A DNA stretch of 42,926 nucleotides. It comes from Polyangium sp. y55x31 (lineage in GTDB: Bacteria > Myxococcota_A > Polyangia > Polyangiales > Polyangiaceae). The notes under the pieces were generated by a model, which searched no databases, was not told the DNA's origin, and worked only from the letters and a program-made list of their open reading frames with translations. Shown in pieces: positions 1-9,073 of this stretch. The stretch is from contig NZ_JARZHG010000009.1 of the NCBI RefSeq assembly GCF_029946505.1, positions 1 through 42,926 on the forward strand. Direction: 5' to 3'. Each line of letters opens with the position of its first letter. Positions within the stretch are counted from its first letter, which is position 1. Both the position numbers and the translations under genes were made by a program.

Positions 1-2790
1 CTCCGCGGCCGCATCCGCCGCCGGAGCCTCGGGCGCCGCTGCTCCCTCCGCGCCCGCCGCATCCGCGCCGCCCGCATCCGCGCCGCCCGCGTCCGCGCCT
101 GCCGCCGCGCCGTCCGCCCCGCCGGCCTTGGCCTGTGCGCCTGCGCCGGCTTGCGCGCCGTCGCCGCCCTTGCGCACGTCCTGGGCCTCTTTCATCGATT
201 GCATGGCGGTCTTGCCGGCGTCCTTGACGATGTCCTTCGCCTTTTCGAGGCCCTTCGTCAGGTTCTCGGCCGACGCCTTGATCGCTTCGCCCGTCGATTG
301 CGCGGCCTCCACGACCTTCGCCGCCTCGGCCTGCGCCGCCGCCGCCGCCTGCGTGCAGGTGTCCGTCGCCTCCTTGGCGACCGCCGTCATCTTCTCCTTC
401 GCCGCGGCAATGACGTTCTTGGCCTTCTCGCCCTCCGTCCGCACCTCGCCCATCTGCTGGTTGAGGACGTCCGTCAATGCCTTCGCCGCGCCGTCGAATC
501 CGGCCGCGCTCATCGCGGCCGCCGCCTGCTCGGCCGCATTGTTCACGGCCTCGGCCGCATTCACGCCCGCCGTCACCGCGGCCTCGGCCGCATTCGCCGC
601 CGACGCGATCATCCCTTCGAGACCACCCGACACCGCGAAATTGATCGCGCCCGCCGCGTCGAGCCCCGCGCCCGCCGGGACGATGAGCGCGAGCGAGCCC
701 TGCACCGCCCCGAAATCGCCTCGTATGCCGCCGAGGACCCCGTAGGCCGCTTTTTTGATCTCCGACAGCGCCGTCCGCGCCTTCAGGAGGATGTCGTCCT
801 TCGTCGCATTGGCGAGCCCCTGCGCGAGCGTGATTTCGCGCTGAACCGCGACCCGCGCGACCTCCTCCAGCTTGAGGAGCCGCGCCGGGATGTCGTTGAC
901 GAGCGCGTTCGTCTTCTCCTCGAACGCCGCGCCGAGATCCTTGAAGCGCTGGATCGAGGTCTCCACCGTCCTGCGAATGGAGGCCACGAGCTCGAGGACC
1001 TGCGTCTCGATGAGGTCCTTCATCTCCGACGCGAGCTGCTTGAACCGCGCCTCGGCCGCCTTGATCGCCCCCATGATGTCGGCGAGCGTCTTCTCGTAGA
1101 ACGTCTTGCCGGCCTCGACGAGCGCGTCGGCCGCCGCCTTGATCTGCTTCTTGCAGTTCTCGAGGTAATCGGGGATCTTCTTCGTGATCGCGTCGACGAG
1201 CATCTTTTGGAGCTCTTCGAACGTCTTCTTGACCGCCTCGCCCTTGTCCTTGATGGACGCCGCGATGCTCGACGCGATCTGAACCGCCTGCATCGCGAGC
1301 TTCGGCCCGAGCGCGGCGATCTGCGCGACGACCTTGATGCCCTGCGCCTGGATCTTGGGCTTCAGCAGGGTCGCCTGCATCTCGAAGTCCTTGATCAGCT
1401 TCTCCCCTTGGGCCTTCGTCTTGGCCTCGATCTGCTTGATCGCAGCCTCGCCCTTGGCCCGGATCTTGGGGATGACCGAGGTGTCTTCGGAATACCCGGC
1501 GTTGATGAAGTCGGCGAGCGCGTCGTCGTGGCCCTTCGCGCCCTCGGCTACGAGATCCCGGACGATCTTGTCGGCTTCGAGGTTCAGGTCGGCCTGGAGC
1601 GCCTTGATCGAGGCGTTCATCTTGCCGCCGAGCTCCTCGACCGACGCGACGACGGAGTCCTCCATCGTCTTGAGGATCTTCTTGCATTCGGCCTCGAACG
1701 TGCCGAGCAGCTCGTTCGCCGCCTTGCGCACGTCCTCCAGCGTGCCGAGCGTCAGGTCGCGGATCTGCTCGAGCAGTTTGTCGAGGAGACGATCGAGATC
1801 CGCCTTGATCCCTCGCACGAGCGCGAAGCCGTCCGCGAGGAGTTTGTCCACCGTGCTCGTGATCGTGAGGAGCGCCTGGTTGAGCAGCTCCGCCGTGCGC
1901 GCAACGAGCCCGTGCGCGAGGTTCGAGATCTCGTCGATCGTCTTCTGGATCGCGTCATTGACCTTCGCGAGGATGTCCTGCGCGCACTGGTTGATGCGAT
2001 CGGGGACCTCGCCGATCGTACGCCGCACGTCGCCGATCGTCTGCATGATCGTGTCGTCGGTCTGCTTGACCAGCGACTTCAACGTCTCGCGCGCCTGCTC
2101 GATCGAGTCCTTCGTGGCGCTGCGCAGCTCATCGACGACCGCGTCGATGTTCGCCGACATCTCGACCTTGGCGCCGTCGTGATCGGGCACCTTCGCGAGC
2201 GCCGCCTCGAACTTGCCGCGCACATCGTCGCCAATCGCCTGGATCTTGCCGTCGATCTGCCCTTCGAGATCACCGAGCTTCTGATCGACCGTGTCGGCCT
2301 GCGCCTTCACAGTGTCGAGGACCTTCTTCGCCTGATCCTCGCCGAGCTGTCCGATCTCGTCGATCTTGCCCTTCGCCGCGTTCGCCGCGTTTTGAATCTG
2401 ATCCTGGGCTGTCTTGACGAGCGTGTCTTTTTGCGATTCGAGCTTGCCCTCGACCTCGTCGACGAGGCCGTCGAGCTTGCCCTTGGCCGTCTTGATCGCG
2501 TCCTCGCCCATCTTCTTGAGCTCGGGCGTGATCCCTTTGAGCTGGTCCTCGGTCTCCTTGATCGCCTTGTCGATCCCGGACGAGATGCCGTTCTTCGTCT
2601 CGTAGAGCGCCTTGTTGAGCTTGAGGATCTGCTCTTCGGCCTTGCTGATGATCTGGTTCGTCGAGTCCCGGACGGTGGAGACGCCCTTCGTGACCGTGAC
2701 CTCGGCCTTGTCGATCTGCTCCGTGGCGAACTTCCCGAGCTTGCTCGGAATGCTCTCCGTGGCGCCTTGGCTCTGTTCTTCGGTCGTCAT
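1..2790 (-). CDS. Large Lys/Glu/Ala-rich coiled-coil protein, partial (930 codons visible; the C-terminal part runs off the left edge). Function unknown. Visible tail is an Ala/Gly/Asp pentapeptide-type low-complexity region (GADAG-like).
   Basis: Not in the ORF track because no stop lies inside the window. Manual translation of the minus strand from the ATG at 2790 (revcomp of cat at 2788-2790; GGAGAGGA purine-rich box ~14 nt upstream) gives an uninterrupted 930-codon frame with high GC3. It begins MTTEEQSQGATESIPSKLGKFATEQIDKAEVTV... and is rich in heptad-like K/E/A/I/L periodicity. The supplied + strand ORFs over this span are Ala/Ser/Arg-rich antisense artefacts. Confidence 0.6.
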   Translation of the reverse strand, partial: MTTEEQSQGATESIPSKLGKFATEQIDKAEVTVTKGVSTVRDSTNQIISKAEEQILKLNKALYETKNGISSGIDKAIKETEDQLKGITPELKKMGEDAIKTAKGKLDGLVDEVEGKLESQKDTLVKTAQDQIQNAANAAKGKIDEIGQLGEDQAKKVLDTVKAQADTVDQKLGDLEGQIDGKIQAIGDDVRGKFEAALAKVPDHDGAKVEMSANIDAVVDELRSATKDSIEQARETLKSLVKQTDDTIMQTIGDVRRTIGEVPDRINQCAQDILAKVNDAIQKTIDEISNLAHGLVARTAELLNQALLTITSTVDKLLADGFALVRGIKADLDRLLDKLLEQIRDLTLGTLEDVRKAANELLGTFEAECKKILKTMEDSVVASVEELGGKMNASIKALQADLNLEADKIVRDLVAEGAKGHDDALADFINAGYSEDTSVIPKIRAKGEAAIKQIEAKTKAQGEKLIKDFEMQATLLKPKIQAQGIKVVAQIAALGPKLAMQAVQIASSIAASIKDKGEAVKKTFEELQKMLVDAITKKIPDYLENCKKQIKAAADALVEAGKTFYEKTLADIMGAIKAAEARFKQLASEMKDLIETQVLELVASIRRTVETSIQRFKDLGAAFEEKTNALVNDIPARLLKLEEVARVAVQREITLAQGLANATKDDILLKARTALSEIKKAAYGVLGGIRGDFGAVQGSLALIVPAGAGLDAAGAINFAVSGGLEGMIASAANAAEAAVTAGVNAAEAVNNAAEQAAAAMSAAGFDGAAKALTDVLNQQMGEVRTEGEKAKNVIAAAKEKMTAVAKEATDTCTQAAAAAQAEAAKVVEAAQSTGEAIKASAENLTKGLEKAKDIVKDAGKTAMQSMKEAQDVRKGGDGAQAGAGAQAKAGGADGAAAGADAGGADAGGADAAGAEGAAAPEAPAADAAAE

Positions 2791-2903
2791 GTGGCTAGGC
2801 CCCGTCCTCTCCCAATGGCGCGGTCACGGCGAGCGATGCCCACGAATCGGGATGCCACGATACCGCGGCGCGCGCGCAGTTGACAAGCCTTCTCCCCCCT
2901 CTT

Positions 2904-2931
2904 CTCCCCTCTCCCGAGAGGGAGAGGGGTT
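2904..2931 (-). terminator. Perfect inverted repeat CCCCTCTCCC-gaga-GGGAGAGGGG (10-bp stem) between the tssG stop and the coiled-coil gene. Candidate intrinsic terminator or processing hairpin with no U-tract.
   Basis: Read directly in the sequence; flanked by a pyrimidine tract. The minus-strand sequence TTGTCA-N18-TATCGT downstream of it (about 2884..2855) resembles a sigma70-type promoter about 65 nt before the ATG at 2790. Confidence 0.4.
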
Positions 2932-2948
2932 GGGGGTGAGGGAGTCTT

Positions 2949-3998
2949 TCAACCGCCTAGCCCTTTCCGAATGGCCGCACGGGACAAACGCACCTCGCGG
3001 ATCTTCCCGCCGTGCTTGTTCACGTTTCCAAGCCAGGCGATCTGGCCAAGAAGCGCGCGCGTCGCGCTGCCAAGCTCGACCCGCGGCGCCTCGCCCTCGG
3101 CGAGCACGAGGATGAGGCCGAAGTGGAATCGTGCGCCTGCATAAAAACGGACGAGGGAGCAGAGAGGCCGAAGCGCATCGCCGTCCGGAAGGAATCGCAG
3201 GAATTCATCGAGCTTCATGGGCCCGATGCGCAGGTCGAACGTGGACTCCTGATCCCAGAAACGCCCCCCGAGGCAAGCATCGCGGCCGAGCGCGCGGTTC
3301 TGTCCGGACCGGCCGATCGCCGTGCGATCCGTCGCCTCGATCGGATGAAAGGCGCCCGTGAGCGGGATGGGCTCGATGGGAACACCAAAATGCCGTCGGA
3401 GGATGGCGACCAGGCCTTCGAGCGAGCGCGACTCGCTGGAAAAGGTCGCCGCGTGTTCGAGGAGCGCGCGATCCTGGACCGCGAGGCGGCCTTCGAGCGC
3501 CTGAAAGCCGAGGCCGATGAACGCGAAGAGGTGCCGCGCCGCGCCGTCCTTCTCGGGCGAGGAGACGCCGAGGCCGACACGATGGCCCTTGCGGATGCGA
3601 TAAGCGAACGAGACGAGGCGATGGTTGAAGATGTCGAGGAAATCACGCGCCGCGGTGTCGCCGCGGACGGCGCGCATGTAAATCGACTCGACGATGGGCG
3701 GCGGCAGCGGGCCGAGGGCGCCGCCGAGGCCGAGGAAGTTCACGAGCATCGGCGCGGGCTCGCCCTCGCGGTGCGGCGAGCGAATCCGCGCGACGTCGGT
3801 CTCGGGGAAGGCGAGCGCGACGCTGCCCGAAAAGCGCACGGCCTCGCGCGAGGGATCGGAGCCCTCGCCGACGGGGACCGCGTCGCCTTCGCGCCAGCGT
3901 TCGAGGAGGGCCACGGCCTGATAAAAATCGAAGGCGTGCCCCTCGTCGAAGAGCCAGGCCTCTACAGAAGGGCTCTTTCGCCAGCCGTGGGCGGCCAT
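2949..3998 (-). CDS. tssG: Type VI secretion baseplate subunit TssG (ImpH/VasB family), 349 aa.
   Basis: C-terminal 349 aa of track ORF 2949..5993 starting MAAHGWRKSPSVEAWLFDEGHAFDFYQAVALLERW. This is a TssG-like sequence that lies directly after tssF. The start overlaps the tssF stop by 37 nt. Confidence 0.85.
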   Translation of the reverse strand: MAAHGWRKSPSVEAWLFDEGHAFDFYQAVALLERWREGDAVPVGEGSDPSREAVRFSGSVALAFPETDVARIRSPHREGEPAPMLVNFLGLGGALGPLPPPIVESIYMRAVRGDTAARDFLDIFNHRLVSFAYRIRKGHRVGLGVSSPEKDGAARHLFAFIGLGFQALEGRLAVQDRALLEHAATFSSESRSLEGLVAILRRHFGVPIEPIPLTGAFHPIEATDRTAIGRSGQNRALGRDACLGGRFWDQESTFDLRIGPMKLDEFLRFLPDGDALRPLCSLVRFYAGARFHFGLILVLAEGEAPRVELGSATRALLGQIAWLGNVNKHGGKIREVRLSRAAIRKGLGG

Positions 3999-5770
3999 CG
4001 CTTCCAGACCTCCGCGCGCGAGGCGCGCTTGAGCACGAGCTCGGTGAACGCATTGATGTGCGCCTGCAAGGCGAAGAATCGGCTCAAGACCGAGGCGAGG
4101 AGGACCGGGCTCGATCCGGCGAACTGCTCGTCCGCGAGCGTGAGCGTGATCTCGAGGCCCCGGCAATACCCCCGCCACGCGTCGCTGCCGAGGCGGCGCG
4201 TGACGACGCGGCTCGAGATCTCGAGGAGCGCGTCGATCTGGCGCTCGGCGTCGGGCGAATCGCCGAAGACGTAGGCGCGCAGGATCTCGCGGAGCGCGGA
4301 GACGCCGGTCTTGCCGTCGGTGATCGAGAGGTGGTTCTGCGAGAGGTTCGAGACGAGCCGCCAGAGCGCGTCGCCGCCCATCGGCGCGGCGCGCTGGGGC
4401 GTCGGTTTCGTGAGACAAACGATTTTTTTCGCCGGGACGGGGCGCTCGGGCGAGAGCTGCGTGTCCTTGGCGATCTCGTTCGCGAGGTCGCGGTTCGTGC
4501 AGAGGACGCCGGCGTAGACGGTCTCCGACGGGGGACGCGAGAGCTTGAAGTCGGTGTCGACGAACGTGAGCCAGACGTCGGTGCCCGGCAGATCCTTGCG
4601 GCCCGTGGCGACGCGGCGCGCGTGCCAGAACGCGCGGGGTTTTTCGCCCGAGCGGTGGTGCACGAAGGAGAAAAACGGCGCGTAGTCGATCTGCTTGGGC
4701 TCGCCGGGCGCCGTCGCCGCGACGCGGGTGATCGAATGGACCTCGGTGGTCCGCTCGCGGCGCGCGTCCGCGACGAGGCGATATTCGGGCCGCGTGTGAT
4801 CGACACGGATGGGCTCGGCGCTGCGCGGGAAGAGGTTGATGATCGGGGTGCAGCCGAGCTTCAGCGTGGTCGGGCGGACCGCGACGCCGGCCGGCGGCTT
4901 CTGATCGAAGAGGACCAGGATCTTCGCGTTCTTGCGCGGCGGCAGCTTCGGCAGCTCCAGGTCGAAGAAATGGAACTTCTCCGGGAACGCGAAATACTCC
5001 TGCACGAGCCGGTGGCCGCGGTGCGCGTGCGGCGGATACGGCAGCACGTCCTCGTTCGCCTCGAAGCCGATGGGGCGGATCTTGCCGTAGGCCCAGTCCT
5101 GCGAGGGTTTTTCCCCGACCACGAGGACCTGCACGGCGTGCGCCGCGAGCAGATCGTAGAGGCGCGCCGCGCCCATGCCGCCGCCCGTGATGTGGAAGCG
5201 GAGCGAGCGCATGCCGAGTTTGTCGAGCGGAACGCCACCCGTCGAGATCTCGATCTCGAGCGCCGCCGCGGCGTTCGTGAGCAGCCACGAGGGGAGGTCG
5301 AGGTTCTCGGGCGGGACCATGCCCGCATTGATGATGTCGATCGGCCAGAGCGTGACCGGATACGCGGTTCGGAAATGACAAACCGGCCCGGACTGCGAGG
5401 CCGCGAAGAGCGGCGTGTGCTTGTCGACCGTGTACCCGGAGCCGAGCTTGGCCTCCTTCGGGTCGATCTCGAAGCCGGCGATCGCCATCGCCGGCACGGG
5501 ACACGCGAGCTGCGGATAAAGGACGCCGAGCAGCGACGTCGTGTAAATCGGTAGCTCCGCCTCGATGTCGCGCGTGAGGCGCGCCGAGAGGAACGCGAAT
5601 GCCTCGACCAGGCGCTCGACGTGTGGATCGGACGAGGCCTGGTTCGAGGTGCCGAGGCGCGCCGCGATCTTCGGATAGTCCTTCGCGAACTCGGCGCCGC
5701 GCTCGCGCAGATACGCGAGCTCGCGCGCATACAGCTCGAGCATTTCGCGATCGGGATCTCCCTTGCTCAT
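3962..5770 (-). CDS. tssF: Type VI secretion baseplate subunit TssF (ImpG/VasA family), 602 aa.
   Basis: Track ORF. The N-terminus MSKGDPDREMLELYARELAYLRERGAEFAKDYPKIAARLG is the characteristic TssF/ImpG start. Its ATG overlaps the tssE stop (ATGA). Confidence 0.9.
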   Translation of the reverse strand: MSKGDPDREMLELYARELAYLRERGAEFAKDYPKIAARLGTSNQASSDPHVERLVEAFAFLSARLTRDIEAELPIYTTSLLGVLYPQLACPVPAMAIAGFEIDPKEAKLGSGYTVDKHTPLFAASQSGPVCHFRTAYPVTLWPIDIINAGMVPPENLDLPSWLLTNAAAALEIEISTGGVPLDKLGMRSLRFHITGGGMGAARLYDLLAAHAVQVLVVGEKPSQDWAYGKIRPIGFEANEDVLPYPPHAHRGHRLVQEYFAFPEKFHFFDLELPKLPPRKNAKILVLFDQKPPAGVAVRPTTLKLGCTPIINLFPRSAEPIRVDHTRPEYRLVADARRERTTEVHSITRVAATAPGEPKQIDYAPFFSFVHHRSGEKPRAFWHARRVATGRKDLPGTDVWLTFVDTDFKLSRPPSETVYAGVLCTNRDLANEIAKDTQLSPERPVPAKKIVCLTKPTPQRAAPMGGDALWRLVSNLSQNHLSITDGKTGVSALREILRAYVFGDSPDAERQIDALLEISSRVVTRRLGSDAWRGYCRGLEITLTLADEQFAGSSPVLLASVLSRFFALQAHINAFTELVLKRASRAEVWKRWPPTAGERALL

Positions 5771-6243
5771 GCGGCCCCCGGCCCCGCGTCGAGCGGCGCC
5801 TCGAACGAGAGAGGTTCACGCACCTCCTCGGTGACGAGCGTCGCCGAGAGCGCGACCACGAGGCGCGCATGCGGCGCCGCGTCCTCGCGTCGCTTGATCT
5901 CCACGCGTACGTTCTGGAGCCTCGGCTCGTACGCCTCGATCGTCTTCTGCACGAGGCGAACGAGGCGGCGAAGCTCCTCCGGGACGAGCGCACGGCCGCC
6001 GAGCTCGAGGTCGGGCAAACCGTAATCGATGGTCGTGCGCTGCCGGGAGAGAGCCTCGTCGCCGGAGATGGGGCTGCGGGTGCTCAGAATTCGACCGAGC
6101 TCACGGGCCACCGAGGCGCGCAGCCCGTCTCGATCGAAGGTGCAATAAGGAACGGCCTCTTGCTTCTGGGCAGGGTTCTCGTCGATCAGGCGATCGAAGA
6201 GAGGTACCCTGCCGGCGCTCGTGGATCCCCAGGCTTTTGCCAT
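5767..6243 (-). CDS. tssE: Type VI secretion baseplate subunit TssE (gp25-like), 158 aa.
   Basis: Track ORF containing ...GRVPLFDRLIDENP..., a TssE/gp25-like motif. Size and position between hcp and tssF fit. Confidence 0.8.
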   Translation of the reverse strand: MAKAWGSTSAGRVPLFDRLIDENPAQKQEAVPYCTFDRDGLRASVARELGRILSTRSPISGDEALSRQRTTIDYGLPDLELGGRALVPEELRRLVRLVQKTIEAYEPRLQNVRVEIKRREDAAPHARLVVALSATLVTEEVREPLSFEAPLDAGPGAA

Positions 6244-6291
6244 TCAATGTTCCAAAGGACGAACGAGCGCCCCGAGGGCGCCGAGCTGGCT

Positions 6292-6783
6292 TTACTTCGT
6301 GTTGGCTTCGAGGTTCCAGGTGCCTTCGGCCGTACCCTTCTTGCCGGCCGGCGAAGGCTGGCCCTGCTGCGCGTACGACCACTTGATCTTGCGATAGTTG
6401 AACGTGACGGTCTCCACGGGGCGACCGCCGCTGCCGCCGCTCACCGAGACGTTCGTCAGGATCACGTCCTCGAACGTGATCTTGTAATAAAGGACCATGT
6501 CGCCGTCGGCCTTGTCGGCCTGGAAGACGGTGAGCTCAGCCGTCTTGATGTTGTCGCCGCCGCTGCACTTGAGGTTCAGCGTGGGCGAGGAGATGTCGAG
6601 ATACTTGCTGAACGTGAAGTCCGAGTGGACCGTGCGGCCGTGCGCGCGCGCGTTCGCCGAGGCGCCGCTCGTCAACGGCATCGCCACGGCGTGGCTGAAC
6701 GAGAGGATCTCGATCTTGTCCTTGCCCTGCGCCGCCGTGCTCTCGCCCTTGATACCTGCAATCTCCAAAAAACTCGTTTCCAT
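6292..6783 (-). CDS. hcp: Hcp (TssD) inner-tube protein, 163 aa.
   Basis: Internal start METSFLEIAGIKGESTAAQGKDKIEILSFSHAV within track ORF 6292..6852 (M24). GGAGGA lies 7 nt upstream. Hcp family N-terminus and length. Confidence 0.9.
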   Translation of the reverse strand: METSFLEIAGIKGESTAAQGKDKIEILSFSHAVAMPLTSGASANARAHGRTVHSDFTFSKYLDISSPTLNLKCSGGDNIKTAELTVFQADKADGDMVLYYKITFEDVILTNVSVSGGSGGRPVETVTFNYRKIKWSYAQQGQPSPAGKKGTAEGTWNLEANTK

Positions 6784-6814
6784 CGTCCAATCCTCCGCGT
6801 CCCCGTCGACGGTT

Positions 6815-6850
6815 GCCGCCCGCGCGCTCGAGTCTTGAGCGCGGGACGGC
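6815..6850 (-). promoter_or_regulatory. GC-rich imperfect hairpin (CGCGCGCTC-gagtctt-GAGCGCG core) in the tssC-hcp intergenic spacer. Possible intra-operon attenuator or mRNA-processing / stability element that would set the Hcp:sheath ratio.
   Basis: Seen in the sequence between the tssC stop (6889) and the hcp start (6783). Confidence 0.3.
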
Positions 6851-6888
6851 AACTTCCTGATCTACCCTACACCGATTCGCCAGGCCCG

Positions 6889-8391
6889 TCACGCAGCCGG
6901 CGGCGGAAGATCCGCCACGAGGCGCATCGAGACCGTGAGCTCGTTGAGCTGGAAGTGCGGCTTCAAGAAAACGACGGCACGGTACGCGCCGGGCTTGCCG
7001 GGAACGTCCGTCACGTCGATCCGCGCCTCACGCAAAGGCAGCCGCGCCTTCGTCTCCTGCCCCGCGTCGTCGTTCAGGAGCACGTAATCCGCGATCCAGT
7101 TGTTGAGGTACGACGACACGTTGTCCTTCGTCATGAAGCTGCCGATCTTGTCGCGCATCATGACCTTGATGTAATGGGCGAAGCGGCTCGTCGCGAGGAT
7201 GTACGGGAGCTGCGCCGACAGACGCGCGTTCGCCGTCGCCGAGGGCAGGTTGTACACCTTGGGCTTGTTCGCGGTCGAGCCGCCGAAGAACGCGGCCTGG
7301 CCGCTGTTCTTGCGATAGCAGAGCGAGATGAAGCCGAGCTCCGAAAGCTCGTTCTCGCGGCGATCGGTGATCGCCACCTCGGTCGGCGTCTTCACGGCGA
7401 GATCACCCTCGCTCGTCTTGAAGACGTGCACCGGGAGGTTCTCGACGAGGCCGCCGCCCTCGACGCCGCGGATCGCCGCGCACCAGCCATAATGCGCGAA
7501 CGCGTTCGTGATGCGCTGGCCGAGCGCATACGCCGCGTTGCCCCAGAGGAAGTTCTTGTCCTCCGCGCCGACGTTCTCCTCGTAGACGAACCCGTCCACG
7601 GGGACGCCCTTCGGGCCATACGGCAGGCGCATGAGGACGTGCGGAAGGACGAGGCCGACGTAACGGCTGTCCTCGCTCTCGCGGAACTCCTTCCACTTGA
7701 TGAGCTGCGTGCTCTCGAAGAGCTTCGCGAGATCGCCGGGCACGCCGATCTGGCCGAAGTTCTCCATGTCGAAGAGGAACGGGCTCGCCGCCGAGATGAA
7801 CGGCGCGTGCGCCGCCGCCGCGACCTTCGAAAGCTCGGTCAAAAGGCCGACGTCCGGGCTCGATCCGTCGAACTCGTAGTCGCCGAGGAGCAGGCCGTAG
7901 GGCGCGCCGCCGAACGTGCCGTACTCCTCCTCGTAAACCTTCTTGAAGAGCGAGCTGCGATCGAAGTCGGGCGAGGCCTCGAAATCCTTGCGGAGCTCGT
8001 CCTTGCGGACGTTCATCACGCGAATCTTGAGGCGCGTGCTCGTCTCCGAGTTCATGACGAGGTAGTGCAGCCCCCGCCACCGCGCCTCGAGATACTGGAA
8101 CTCGGGCGCGTGCAGGATCGCGTCGAGCTGCTTGCCGATGATCTCGTCGATCTCGTTGATGCGATCCTGAATGGCCGCGACCGCGCCGAGATCGAGGGCG
8201 CGCTGCTTGTCGTTCGGGTCGCGCTCGTCGAGGATCTGCTGGCAGAACTCGCCCACGATGTCGCGGGCGTGTTTCTTCTGGACGGGGTTGTCCCCGCGAA
8301 CCATCGCGCCCTCGGCGAGGATCTGATCGATGATCGCCGCGCCGTCCGCGCTCGTGTCGATGTGTTGTTTCGCGCTGCTCGTTACCGGCAT
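6889..8391 (-). CDS. tssC: Type VI secretion contractile sheath large subunit TssC (VipB/ImpC), 500 aa.
   Basis: Track ORF; full-length VipB/ImpC-like sequence (…PFISAASPFLFDMENF…, …LPYILATSRFAHYIKVMMRDKIGSF…). GGAGGA lies 7 nt upstream of the ATG. Confidence 0.93.
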   Translation of the reverse strand: MPVTSSAKQHIDTSADGAAIIDQILAEGAMVRGDNPVQKKHARDIVGEFCQQILDERDPNDKQRALDLGAVAAIQDRINEIDEIIGKQLDAILHAPEFQYLEARWRGLHYLVMNSETSTRLKIRVMNVRKDELRKDFEASPDFDRSSLFKKVYEEEYGTFGGAPYGLLLGDYEFDGSSPDVGLLTELSKVAAAAHAPFISAASPFLFDMENFGQIGVPGDLAKLFESTQLIKWKEFRESEDSRYVGLVLPHVLMRLPYGPKGVPVDGFVYEENVGAEDKNFLWGNAAYALGQRITNAFAHYGWCAAIRGVEGGGLVENLPVHVFKTSEGDLAVKTPTEVAITDRRENELSELGFISLCYRKNSGQAAFFGGSTANKPKVYNLPSATANARLSAQLPYILATSRFAHYIKVMMRDKIGSFMTKDNVSSYLNNWIADYVLLNDDAGQETKARLPLREARIDVTDVPGKPGAYRAVVFLKPHFQLNELTVSMRLVADLPPPAA

Positions 8392-8411
8392 GTTCGTATC
8401 CTCCGCGCGGC

Positions 8412-8915
8412 CTAGCTCTGTTCGTCCTTCGAAACTTCCGCCTTGATCTTTTCGAGAGCCTCGGTGCTCTCCATGACCTCACGCAGCGCCGCCGAGAGCT
8501 CGTCGTTGCCCTCGAGCTTGGCGAGGAGGTCGTTCAGGCGCTCGCGCGCGCGGAGCAGCTTGCGGAGCTCCGGGATGCGCTCGACGAGGCGCTCGGGCCG
8601 GAAATCGTCGAGGTGCGTGAACGTCAGAGGGATCGCGATCTTCCCCGTGCCCTTGAGGACGTCGTCGACCTTCACCGTGATCTCCGGCTTCGTCGAGGCG
8701 AGGACGTCGTTGAAATTGTCGCGGTCGATCTCGACGAACTTGCGATCCTTCAGCTTGGGCAGCGGATTCGCGGGGTTCTGCCCCAGGTCGCTGAGCACGC
8801 CGACCACGAACGGGATCTCTTTCTTCTCGATTGCGTTGCCCGTCTCGACGTCATACGTGATCTGCACGCGCGGCGGACGGTTCCGGTCCAGCCAGTGCTG
8901 CTTGCTCTCTGCCAT
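8412..8915 (-). CDS. tssB: Type VI secretion contractile sheath small subunit TssB (VipA/ImpB), 167 aa.
   Basis: Track ORF: MAESKQHWLDRNRPPRVQITYDVETGNAIEKKEIPFVVGVLSDL. VipA family; immediately upstream of tssC. Confidence 0.9.
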   Translation of the reverse strand: MAESKQHWLDRNRPPRVQITYDVETGNAIEKKEIPFVVGVLSDLGQNPANPLPKLKDRKFVEIDRDNFNDVLASTKPEITVKVDDVLKGTGKIAIPLTFTHLDDFRPERLVERIPELRKLLRARERLNDLLAKLEGNDELSAALREVMESTEALEKIKAEVSKDEQS

Positions 8916-9073
8916 CGATGGCTCCCTTCCTCGGCTCTCGCGGCGGCGCCGCGGCTTTGCGAACTCTCCGAAAACCGGCCCGCGCTCGGCGTGTAAGGCT
9001 GGCGCATTACCCTTTTACCGTGCCCAGGCTCGTCAACACAACACCCTCGTAGGGGCGCGCGCCTGTCCCCCGT

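Noticed and set aside
151-2883. 910-aa + strand ORF and smaller + strand ORFs (128..745, 1334..2182, 2612..3115) over the left end
   Set aside because: Arg/Leu/Ala/Ser-dominated low-complexity translations with no motifs. They are antisense or out of frame to a clean, high-GC3, K/E-rich minus-strand frame (the coiled-coil gene). A typical high-GC shadow ORF.
2949-5993. 1014-aa minus-strand track ORF spanning tssG and running N-terminally through tssF in another frame
   Set aside because: Only the C-terminal 349 aa (TssG) are credible. The upstream 665 aa are Arg/Pro-rich and overlap the bona fide TssF frame.
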